Source of the DNA: Entomortierella parvispora E1425
Lineage: Eukaryota; Fungi; Mortierellomycota
Reading direction: 5' to 3'
Length of the DNA stretch: 64,000 nt
NCBI GenBank assembly: GCA_020891255.1
Contig: BQFW01000004.1
Coordinates: 2,604,001 to 2,668,000 of the forward strand
The first letter of the stretch is position 1, and each line of letters opens with the position of its first letter. Below are positions 39,695 through 50,668 of the stretch, one piece after another. A model generated the notes under the pieces. That model was not told the origin of the DNA. It saw only the letters and a program-made list of their open reading frames with translations, and did not search any database. Made by a program: the position numbers and the translations under genes.

Positions 39695-42600
39695 TTATGA
39701 GAGTTCAAAACCAGTGTTGGACATGATGGCATACCGCAACTTCTCTTTCAGTACAGATTTAGAACTGAAGGGAGGCAACTTCAACAAATTGAAGCAAGTG
39801 GAACTAGACGGGAAAAAGGAAAAAGAGTTACTGTCAGTAGAAGGAAAAGAAAAAGAAAGAGCCGTTCCTGCTCTCTATTTACCTGGTGGGCAACCTGGCC
39901 TTTTTGCCGGCAGCTTCTCCCGATCCCACGCCGGCTTTTCCCAGTACACCGCCAAAGAACGATTTAACGACTCCCATTGGTGCCGGAGTTCCATGCTGAT
40001 CCGAAGTTAGCGCGAACGCGGAAGGAGTAGAGGGTGACGATGATGACGACGACGATCCATGGGATCCATTCAGATTAGAGCCACTGCTGCTAGGGGACAG
40101 AGCTGACCGGAATCTGGACCCGAATCCACCTCCACTGTTGCTATTGCCTGATCCACTCGTTCCTGAACGTTGGTGCGAGGACTGATTGGATGTACTTGGA
40201 TCAGGCACATTTTGACTGGTCCGTGCTCCACTGCCAAATTGTCGGGGCGGTGGAGCCGGGGATCCATCATGGTTCGAATCCGACGTGGTAGGGTTCATGA
40301 CCAATCGAATCGCGAATGGAGGGTAAAGATGTTTGAATCCACCGAGAGGCGGCTATCATCCGAAAAAAATAAAAAAATAATAATAATCTAAGAATCCTCC
40401 ACTGGATACAAGACACGCCGTTTGATCATCCCAACAGTACATTACCTTGGAGCAACTGGTGACAAACTTTAGGAATGCGCGCTTCTCCTCCGAGTTGAAC
40501 TCATTGAGTGCTGCCCATAGATTGCGGATGACTGGATGCTGATCAAAGTAGCCATTCTGGTATTCTGTGTGCGCACGCAAATCTTGGACATCTACGCGGA
40601 TAAAAAAAGGTCAATCCCCCATACTCGTATTAGCGACCTTGAAACTGAAAATGCAGATCAGGGCTATAGACAAAGTACATACCAAAGTCGACATCTTCTC
40701 CAGCCATAACACGGTGCAGCTCTTGCGGAGAAAATATCGAGATCCAGGGCAATGGAATTATGGATCGGAATCTGATTATCATAGAATGAAAAGTATCAGC
40801 TCCTGAAATGTACGGTCTTGATTTCGCACCAAACATGAACGCATCGCTTCACCTCTTACCCGTCAATAAACGCTCTAGATTGTTCCTGAATCTGCTTGTT
40901 CAGCCGATAGTCCGAGACCTGGAAGATGTAATTGATCCTGTTCTCCTTCGTCACTTCCACGTCCTTGCCCCCAGTGAGCAGCTCTACCGTCCGGTGAGTT
41001 CCAAAGATCTCTTCGTCCAAGGAAAAGGTCAGCCCCAAATCTTCCACATCGCCCTCATACTTTTTCAAAAACATCAAGTTCCTAAAAACTTCCTCATCAA
41101 ACGACTTCATCTCGTCCAGGAAAACTGTCCTCCCCAATATCTTGCTCAAGAAGAAGCCTGCAAACTTGACCTCGACCAGTAAGCCCTCGTACATGGATTT
41201 TCCCAACATCTTGCCAAACAACCGAAAGAGCTCAATCCAAGTTCCCGGGTGTGTATATGACGCCGTCGGGGAAGGGTAGAGTAAATTCATGGATGCCGTC
41301 GTAGTTGTAAACAGGTTCAGATTCGGTGAGAATCCAGCTTCTAAAAAGCTCTCCATGAACTCTTTGAAGGGACCACCTTGATCAATACCGGCCTCGTCCG
41401 CCCCGACCTCATTTGTGAACTTGACTCGGATGGTGTTCTTCCATCCGTTCGCCGACAATTGCCCCAAGGCTAGGTATCCATCTTCAAGAACGTAACCGCG
41501 CCGGACCTTTACCAACACAGACTGGTGAAGATCAGGTCGCACAAGTGCCAAATTCTGTTCGCGCTGCAATTTGTCCTCCTTGATGAAATTTCGAAAGATC
41601 TCCAAGCGGGTCGTGAATGGAATCACATGAGGCATTGTCTCCAAGATCTGAAGGGCGGTCCTGTCCTTCTGGCGAACCTTTTGCATAAATTCCTTGGGCG
41701 TAGCGTACTGAGGAGGTGATTTTGAAGATGAAGTGGATGAAAATGAGAGGAGTCCCAGCCCCTTCTTGATCGTTCCAGAGGACGAAGACGAGTTGCCATT
41801 GCTCGATTTGGTTCGATTGTGGCTTGAAAGCGATAGTGAGGCGAGAAGTTGGAGGGGCGATGAAAAAACGCTCTTGGTGGGATGAAGTAAGAGCCAATGG
41901 TTGGGTGGGCAGAATGCTCTCCTGCAGTCCCTCTCATAAATTTGCAGCAGTACCTGTCGTGCATGATAAAATATGGGCGGAAGGGGTGCAGCGACTGGAG
42001 CCGCTGCAGTTGCGGCGGCGCCTGGGCCAAGATCACTGGATGGATCCTCCTGAGTGCTGAGAATTGACAAGCAAAATTGGTTCAAGAATCCAGACATGAA
42101 AACCAGCTCTGAGAGTAACCATGGCTTTTGTTGTTCGTACATGTCGTCGTCATCGAGAGTGCTATCATTGCCAGGGCGAGAAAAGAATGTTTATACCTAC
42201 TTCAGTAGCCATACGGCTATGGTCCAGATCAAATACATGGTAATTTAGAGATAAATACTTACATCAAAAAACGGGCACAGCACTCACAGAATATCTGTAG
42301 AATAGATATGAGAGGTTCGTTTTCCAGGCTCTTGCTCCCATTTCCATAAGCGGCTTCCAAATAGATACGCATTTCTCCCATTGGGCCCAGCGTAGCCATG
42401 AATCTCCAAAGCTTGACTAAAAATCCAGGCAGGTACATCAAAGTCACCAATATTCGCGTCTTTTGAGAGTCAAACGACTTCATCAGCGTTACGTAAAATA
42501 AGCATGCTTGCTGAATCTCAATGGCCATCAAAGTCCTTTGCGGATCTGACATGGGAATACCGTCTCTTGAGACTGTTGTTGAACGGCTGCGGCTTCGTTG

Positions 42601-44277
42601 CCCGTTTTTACTAGCGGGTGGACTTGATTCAGAAGCAGCATGATGGGGCTCTCTTATCAAAGGGCTCGTAGCGGCGATAGCTCCATTATCCGCCGGCGCC
42701 AAGTTGAGATCCAGGATGGTTGAAAAAGTTGCCATCGCAAACTCTCTGCTCCATAAGTACTCCAGTTGCGAGAACACGATTTTGACTTGTGCAGCCGAGA
42801 TTTGCTGGTCCCGTTGTGGGACATTGGTCCATGAGAAAATCGGATGGTATTGCCGGAACTCTGTTGTTTGTGTGGTGGAGACATACTTTTGGCAATTAAG
42901 CAGAAGCAACACTGCTGTATCAACCAAGCGTGGTCTTAGTCCGGCGCGCTCCGCTTCAGTCGCCTTGCCCAAATGAAGTCGATATAGCTTTGTCAAATTG
43001 CAAAGTAGGAACAGCGTTTCGTTGAGACTTATCGACGATAGTATGTATGACTGATGCCGAGGATCCAAAATCGCGTTCAAAGTCTGATCCAAAACACGAC
43101 TCTTCCATGCCAATTGTACACAAAGATCGTCCAAGCACTCTGCGAACAGCATCACGGTCAAGATATGGCATGCAATCCCTACTGTGGTCGAGTCGTCGCT
43201 GTACAAGTTGATGAGATTGTCCTTGACGGACTTGGATTGCGGTGTCTTCTCTGTCCGTTCCTTGTCAACGGATTGCAAGAGAAGGCAGCATCTCCACATG
43301 GCTGTGATCCATGTAGTCAAGGCCTTTTGTTTTGCAGTCTCGTTTGGGGTGGTGGATGTCTTTTTGGCACGTTCCTGTAATTGAACCAATGCCTCAACTC
43401 GGAGACGGAGTCCTTTCTTGATGTCTTTGTAGAACTGACCGCTGTTGAGGATTTTTAGAATGAGATCTGTTCCTCGACTCTGCATCAAAGCTCTAATTGG
43501 AGGGCCGACGTTCTCCGGAAGTCGAAAGGTGTTGATATCCACAAAAGACATTACGAAGCGCATTTCTGGTCCTGACAAGTAGAGCTCTTCCTGGACAATT
43601 GTTGTATTCGATGTTGCTTTGCGTGACAAAGATGTGCTCTTGGGCGTAGCTGGGGAGATGTTAGGAGTGTGAAGGTCCTTGATAGTGCCGGTTATCGCCC
43701 GTATGCAAGCCTGGTTCAGCCGCAAGAGAGTTGTAGCCGCCGTGCTGGCGTGGCGTGAGTGGAGTAGGATCATTTGAAATGGAGCCTGGACCATGGCCTT
43801 TGGTCCAGGGCCCGACGATGGTGGTGGTGATGGCATAGGCGGTGCCTTTGAGGTGCTGTCAGCTGTCGTTGGGGAGCCTCCTCCTGCTGTTGTCGGGGTA
43901 GACTCTGCCGCTGTGACGACAGTCTTTGACAGGAGCATCCTGCACAAGGTGGCGAGTCTTTGGTCATCCCCAGCGGGCGACAATGGGTCGTAAAATCGGA
44001 CAAGAACGAACGCAAGTTGTAGATTGCGAAGAAGGCTCTCAGCTGGGGTCGAGGGGATGGTGTTTGAAAGCGCGTCCCAGTCTTCTCGAAGCTTGACTTT
44101 AGTTCCACGGCGGAGGCTCCATCGCCGATAAAAGGACTGTATCCGCAATGCAGCCGATGTTTGGAGGGCTGTCTTTTTGTCTATTTCCTTTTGACCGCTG
44201 CGAGCAAGGCGGTCCGCCTTTGCCTGGGCGAGGAGAGCAGCCTTCTTGTCGGGGCCACCGGGACGGGATGGGAACAT
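39695..44277 (-). CDS. UBE3B: IQ-HECT E3 ubiquitin ligase, UBE3B-type (UBE3B/UBE3C/Hul5 class), multi-exon
   Basis: N-terminal IQ motif [12 protein letters not shown]. Also [46 protein letters not shown] and [10 protein letters not shown]|PPLGGF. The C-terminus is [40 protein letters not shown] (catalytic Cys; last exon ~39805-39695). Confidence 0.85.
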
Positions 44278-44586
44278 GGAGAGATGCTCGCGTAAATAGG
44301 CAGCTAAGGGCAAAGGGGAATGGATGAAAGGTGTATGAGGTAAGCAAGGAGTGATGCAAAGGGGAAGGAGAAAGAGAAGGAGAAAGAGGAAGGAAGAAGG
44401 AAGAGAGTTCATTCATCCCGCATGCATGCATTCATGGAGAAACGCGCCCGAGAAGGCGGATGGAGGGAACATGCGTCACGTGTGCAAATTGCGCCCAGCT
44501 GTCGCATGGCATGGTTGCAGAGGAAAAAGAAAGATCTCTTCATCAATCTCAATTCTCCATCCAGGAAACACAAGACTGAGCCTGCC
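44278..44586. promoter_or_regulatory. Bidirectional promoter region shared by the UBE3B-like and DUF1749 genes
   Basis: The divergent ATGs are 309 bp apart. The spacer contains GCATGCATGCATTCAT (44420) and GTCACGTG (44475). Confidence 0.7.
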
Positions 44587-45667
44587 ATGATCTTGCAAGG
44601 GACCCTCTCGACCTACAACCCCCAGACGCGTCTGACCATGTTTGAGTCTGGTCCACAGCACTCGTCCACGTCCGTGCTGTTTATCGGTGGGCTCATGGAT
44701 GGCTACAACGCTGTGCCGTACCTGCCTCTCTTGAATGAGGCTCTCGCCAACGAGCTCGGAGTTTCGCTGATTCAGGTGATGCTATCCAGCAGTCATGCCG
44801 GATACGGAACGGCAACATTGATGGAGGATGTCTGGGAGCTGGATGCCTTGCTTACGTACTTGAGAGAACAGAGGAACAAAACCCGGATCTTTATCATTGG
44901 ACATTCCACCGGCAGTCAGGACGCCATCAAGTACGTGACATACGGAAAGAATCAATCTGTTGTCAAGGGCATCGTCCTGCAAGGTGCAGTTTCGGACCGG
45001 GAGTTTTTGTCATCTTCGGTCGAGAATTATGGCAAATACTTGCGGCTAGCTCAACGGATGATCAACGATGGCAATGTATGTTACCATGATCTCAGAGGCA
45101 ATAGACAGGAGCTCATACAGGCGATTCGGCTTGCTAATGCTACATTCTTAAATCATCCAGGGCCAAGAGCTGATGGTCAGAGAGGTCGACGTCGCGCCCA
45201 TCACAGCAAACAGATTCTTTTCCTTGGCGGCTGTGGGGTAAGTTCAAAAGATAACAAGAAGCTAGATCATTCGTTCTCATGTTCATGGGGCTTTTCCTGA
45301 CCCCTGTATTTTTTTTAAAAAAAATAACGGCAGGGGCGACGACGACATGTTTAGTTCAGATATCCCATTCGAGGCGCTCCATGCACTTTTCAAGGAAGTC
45401 AAGATGCCACTCATCATGGTGCATTCCGGCAAAGACGAGTACATTCCAAGTCGTGTCAACAAAGAAAAGCTCTACACACAACTGGCCAAAGCCAGTCCAA
45501 CTTGTCTAGGAGCCGTTGTTTTGCCAGAGGCCGATCATGTCATCTCGGACCAGCCCTCTCAAATCACTTTTTGCAAGGCTGTCGTGGAGTTCATTCAAAG
45601 AGTAGTGGTCGACCTGGATCGCTTGGAGCAAAGTCAACAGCAATCGTTTGACGAATTGTCACTATAG
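44587..45667 (+). CDS. DUF1749 (UPF0613) alpha/beta hydrolase, 3 exons
   Basis: VLFIGGLMDG, GHSTGSQD, IVLQGAVSDRE, ITANRFFSL, GDDDMFSSD, SGKDEYIP, EADH. Confidence 0.9.
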
Positions 45668-45760
45668 AAAGTTCTTTGACAAGTTTGTGGAGATGACGAG
45701 CTCGTATAGACAAGCAAGATGGCGGACAAAAAAAAATATATACAAAAATATCTTGTTTAT

Positions 45761-45842
45761 CTAGACGTGAGTCTTCTTCATGGCTTTTGAAAGCGAATGA
45801 TCCTCGTCTTCGTTCTCTTCATCTTCCTCCTCCTCCTCCTCC

Positions 45843-45874
<32 letters not shown>

Positions 45875-47308
45875 CTCCTCACTATGGTTATGGTTGTGGT
45901 TGTGCACCAAATCGTCGTCGCTCTCCTCTTCACTTTCCTCCTCACTATCTTCCTCATCACTGCCTTCGTCACTTCCATCATCGTCACTGAAAGCCATGAG
46001 AGAATGGTTGGTATTTCGCACCATCAAGTCGTCGTCACTGTGTTCGGCATCATGACGGTCGTTATGTTCCTTTTCGATCATGGCGAGGTACTTGTTCTGG
46101 GCTGCAATCACTGATGAGGAATCCGTGCACTTTGAGTAGATCGAAAGCAGCTCACTAATGAAACCGACATGAAAAAATAAAGGGCATTCGTCAGCCCACA
46201 GTTTGGTGACCTATTTCATTCAGAGAACTGAGGAGGGGAGCGCCGAGAATATATCCTTTGTGAAAACTTACGCGTTCACTTTGCGGAAGGCGTGGCCCCA
46301 CTTGAACTTTGAGAGCAACTCATCACCATACTCGTCGAATCCTGTGATGAAAAAGCAAGCCGCCAGAGCCTCGACACAGTTCAACTTCCATGGCTTTCCG
46401 TAATTGACAGGGTTAGTGGCTATCAAATAAGGCACTAGAGTAGGTGATATGGCAGTTAGATTCCGGTTCTACTGTTATCTTTGATGTTGTGCAAAAAGTT
46501 CAATGCATGATAAAGTTTTCATACAGAGACGGTCGTGTCCAGCACGAAGCTTCTTGAAAGGAACATCGCCAAGCTTGGCCCATGAACAATCCACGACAGC
46601 CAATCCATGCTCTCTGACAACCTCGCGATCTGCAGGTGAGACGGCTTGCTCGCCATTGGGACTAGGTTGAAGAAAGAAGTTGGTTGTCAGTATAATGGAT
46701 TCTTCAATATCTCACCCTGTGCTGAAAATACTGTCTGCTTGTCAACTCACGTCATGCAAACACCGCGGAAACGCTGGTTAATCTTGAGAGTTTCAACCAT
46801 ACCCATGCGGACGAGCTTTTTGCCAGAGCAGCGTTTGGGATCACAGTGCTCAAAATCCCACATTCCTAGAGGCATGGGGATATTGCTCCTGACCTTTTCT
46901 ACTCGGGATTGTAACGAAGGTGACCAGAGTTGGTTATTAGGATGAAGAAACTGCCTCTGCATTTGAGAAAATTAGAGTCCCCGCTGTCAAGAAGAAATAA
47001 ATCAAAAATCAAATCCTTACCACTCTTGGTATCGCCTCTGTCCATGTCGAGTGCGCTCTCAGCACCAGCATCTCTAGAGAATACAGAAGTAAGGGTTGTT
47101 TGGCAGTATTAGAGGTCTGATCAGGACTTGTAGAGCTCTACATAGATCGAGGATTCCTTGGTCTGTACCTGTCTCTGTGGTGGTTGACATGTCCTTTTCC
47201 GCCTCCTCTGCCTCCTCTGCTGCCTCCGCGTCCTCTGCCTCGTCCGCCGCCATGGCCTCTTCCTCCGCCTCCTCCAGCTGCGCCTCCTCGCTTATCGTTC
47301 TTTCCCAT
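45761..47308 (-). CDS. TSR3: 18S rRNA aminocarboxypropyltransferase, multi-exon
   Basis: MWDFEHCDPKRCSGKKL, DCSWAKL, LPYLIATNPVNYGKPWKLNCVEALAA, KFKWGHAF. RGG-rich N-terminus and acidic C-tail. Confidence 0.95.
45817..45880 (-). repeat. (GAG/GAA)n microsatellite encoding the poly-Glu tail of TSR3
   Basis: Run of CTC/TTC triplets on the + strand, encoding about 19 consecutive Glu. Confidence 0.95.
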
Positions 47309-47534
47309 GGTGAGTATTGATGTCAATGGTAATGGTGAGTGGAGGAATGAGAGTCCACTGCTCCATGCATGCAAGCTGGTGATGCGGCGGTGGCAATATT
47401 TGTTAAGGGTACCATTTTAAAAAGGGCAGTCACGGTGTTTATTTTTTCTTTTTCTTTTTTTTCAACAAAGGCACAAGTGATGCATGCATTCATTTCGTTG
47501 CATCTCTTCATCTACCACGCTACATTAATTCACC
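47309..47534. promoter_or_regulatory. Bidirectional promoter region shared by TSR3 and IMP4
   Basis: The divergent ATGs are 226 bp apart. The spacer contains ATGCATGCA (47365, 47480), CAGTCACG (47427) and a poly-T tract. Confidence 0.75.
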
Positions 47535-48925
47535 ATGGTGCGCACCCCTCTCATGCTAGAATGTCTGCCAGTGACTCTGAATTGCTCACCCACAAAGTAC
47601 TATGGCTGACCTGGACTCCATTGCTTGCCATCCTGTAGATCCGCAGACAGACTCGCCTCCGCCGGGAATACCTCTACAAAAAGTCCCTTGAGGGCAAGGA
47701 GAGACAAATCTTTGAGAGGAAACAGGCCGTCAAGGATGCCATTGCCTGTATGTTTTCCGTTTTCTACTTTCTTGGATCTAAAAAGGGGAGCCCTTTTTGT
47801 GGTTGATTCCTTGACTTTTCGAAAAGAAGAGTCGGCTATGAAAGACGGATCATGGACACTCACCCACATCACTTTTCTTTTTCGGAAACTTAGCTGGAAA
47901 GCCTGTCCCCACAGAGTTGAGAAACGAGGGAGCACAGTTCACAAAGGATTTGCAGTACGATGAGGCCCAGGCTGGTAAGGACCAAGGATATGGCTACATC
48001 TCATTTCACATGTGCCTTCATCACTTCATCACCTGTATCGTGTTTCTAACTGGCTTCGACCTTCTTGTGCAAACAAACTCGATCCAACCCACCCAATTTG
48101 ACGACTGCTTTGACTATCGACTCATTTCACAGACCCCACCAGCCACATTGACGATGAATACGCACGCGCTGGTGTCTATGACCCCAAGGTCCTCGTCACC
48201 ACCTCGCGTGACCCCAGCAGCCGTTTGCAGCAGTTTGCCAAGGAGATGCGCCTTGTCTTCCCCAACTCTCAGCGTATCAACCGTGGAGGACATGTCATGA
48301 AGGAGATTGTCGACGCTTGCAAAGCCAACGATGTCACGGATCTGATCATTTTGCACGAGCATCGTGGAGAGCCCGACGGCATGATTGTGTCTCATTTCCC
48401 TCACGGACCAACAGCGTTCTTCACATTGAACAATGTGGTGTTGCGACATGATATCAAGGACCACGGTACGGTCTCGGAGGCGTTCCCCCATTTGATCTTC
48501 AACAACTTTTCGAGCAAGCTGGGCAAGAGGACATCGGATATCTTGAAGTACTTGTTCCCTGTACCCAAGGAGGATTCCAAGAGAGTCATGACCTTTTCGA
48601 ACGACAACGACTTTATCAGTTTCAGACACCATGTCTTTATCAAGACAAGCCACAAGGATGTGCAATTGGCCGAGGTTGGACCCCGTTTTGAGATGAAGCG
48701 TAAGTCAAATCAATTGATATCGGGAGACAGAAGAAGATATCAGACTATCTGGGTTGTTTTTTTTCCGAGCTGAAATGCTTACAAAGGACCTTTTTTTCAT
48801 TCAATCTTGCTTTCCAACGAATAGTCTTCCAGATCAAGGCAGGAACTGTCGACTTGAACGATGCAGACACAGAATGGGTCTTGCGTCCATACCAGAACAC
48901 AGCCAAGAAGCGTACTCAGTTGTAG
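47535..48925 (+). CDS. IMP4: U3 snoRNP protein Imp4 (Brix domain), 5 exons
   Basis: Exons 47535-47537 (ATG only), 47639-47748, ~47893-47971, 48133-48700, ~48825-48925. M|[58 protein letters not shown]. Confidence 0.95.
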
Positions 48926-49335
48926 AAGAACTCTTCTCTGTCTGCTTCGTCTTTTACGCTTGTCTAATATCGCATTACCCCCTCCACACCATGGCATTTC
49001 ATCTTGATCTTACTCTTTCACTTGTATATTAAACGTCATTTACCCGACAGCGACACGTCTGTTTTTCATGGTGTGTTAGATACGAGCAACAGATGAGAGG
49101 ATGAAGACGGTATGGATGTGAACGCCCAGAAAAAAGAGGGGATCCTTTTTTGTTCTTTTTACCAGAGAAGCGCTTGTTGTATTGATCTGCGACTACGAGA
49201 CCCAGATTTCAGCATTTACGTTCGAGACTGATCGTCACTTGTCCCCCCTTTTCACCCACATGCCTTCCTATTCCCATCGAGCATGGGCCAAAGTTGATAA
49301 ACTCACGCTACCGTTGGAATGTCTTGAGTTCGGAA

Positions 49336-50321
49336 ATGAACAGTGAACACCGAGGATTGGAACGTAGGGCTAGGAAACAAGCTCTTATGAAAGATCTGCG
49401 TCTTGTCATCGCTCTTATTCTTGAAACTTCCCCGCCCTCGGAGGCACTCCTCACTCACTTGTCTCTCTCTCTCTTCTGTCTCTCCTTACTTTCTGTTCTT
49501 TTGTTTCTTTCACGACATTTTTTTTTCTTCTATCCACAAGAGCTGCCGCTTCTCCCGTTGTCCATATCCGGACTTCACCAGCGCTACTATCAGCACCTGC
49601 TTGATATACACAACATGTTGCGCTATAAACTGAACAATTGCCTTGACGTAGGTTCCATGATATTCACTTATCTCCCATCTCCCATCTTCCATCTCCCATC
49701 TCCCCTCCCAATGCCACCACTTCATGGAAACGCAGTCTAGTTCGCTTATACATTTTTTCCCTGTACAAACCTCCGTTCTCGATCTAATTTAGCAATTGCC
49801 AACAGCGACCAATCCAACTCGCTGTCGGATCCTTTTGGCCAATGTTTTGATCTTTTGTGAGGATCTCGAACTACATCATGATATTGAAGAAAAAGTCGTG
49901 TTCCCACCTTTTTCAGGTCAAGACCGATATCTCGCACTGGAGTCGATCCCATGAGGCCTTGCACAGTACCCTGGAGAGCCTTCGGCGACTGGCTAGAGCT
50001 GGATTACAGCACGTGGGCAGCGAAGGGACGGGTATGGGTCATGGATGGATCTCGGTGGAGGAGGAACGCACCGGAGAGGAAGGAGGCGCATCGAGTGGAG
50101 AAGCAGCAGCAACAGTAACAGAAATAGTGGCTGCTACTGGTATTAGATCAACGGGGTTGAATCAGGACCAACGGGATGCGATCGTAGCCGAGTTGCGAAA
50201 ACTAGAAGAGATTACTCTGCCACATTTGGTAGATGAAGAGGTGATGAGTCAACCCGAAGAACTGGCCAAGCTTTGGCCGACTGAACAAGACTTTCAAATT
50301 GCGTTTCCGTGGACGAGGTGA
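49336..50321 (+). CDS. Hemerythrin (HHE cation-binding) domain protein with an internal +1 frame discontinuity near 49907-49916; may be a pseudogene or an assembly error
   Basis: Proposed exons 49336-49363, 49541-49647, 49793-50321. Ligand helices: IHNMLR, LHHDIEEKVVFP (frame A), then SHWSRSHEAL and LPHLVDEE (frame +1). The summed exon length is 664 nt = 221 codons + 1. The first exon is the least certain. Confidence 0.75.
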
Positions 50322-50668
50322 AGTGAGAATCAGGACAATCTCCTTTCTTTGACCAGTTCCCGGCCCACCATTGCTCTATTTAATACCGTACAAACGACAG
50401 AGTGGCCTCAGTCTCCATAAAGATTGACCTTCTCCACTATCAAAACAGTCATCCACTGCGAAACTAGAAGATTGCTGCACCCACTTTGGAAAAACTCTCA
50501 TCCTCCAAGATTATCACGCGTGAAAACGCGAAAAAAAATCATGACCGCGTGCATGGGCGGCAGTGACTCGATCGTCAACAATGACAATCTGATCGCAGAC
50601 AAAGAGAACCGATGCAAACCAAAGAGTAAAGATAACAATAATTTATGATATAATTCACGTTTTCCCTC

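Noticed and set aside
40271-40281. GGTTCGAATCC, a tRNA T-loop-like motif
   Set aside because: The flanks do not form a full T-stem or acceptor stem, and it is the antisense of HECT coding sequence (SDSNH).
30050-48925. SMPD4 and IMP4 (and a tubulin gene) are, from memory, also near each other on human chromosome 2
   Set aside because: The intervening genes differ and the human tubulin there is alpha-type. Coincidence is the default without intermediate-taxon synteny.
49746-49964. Minus-strand ORF as a possible last exon of THADA
   Set aside because: THADA ends plausibly at 50669. This ORF is antisense to the hemerythrin exon.
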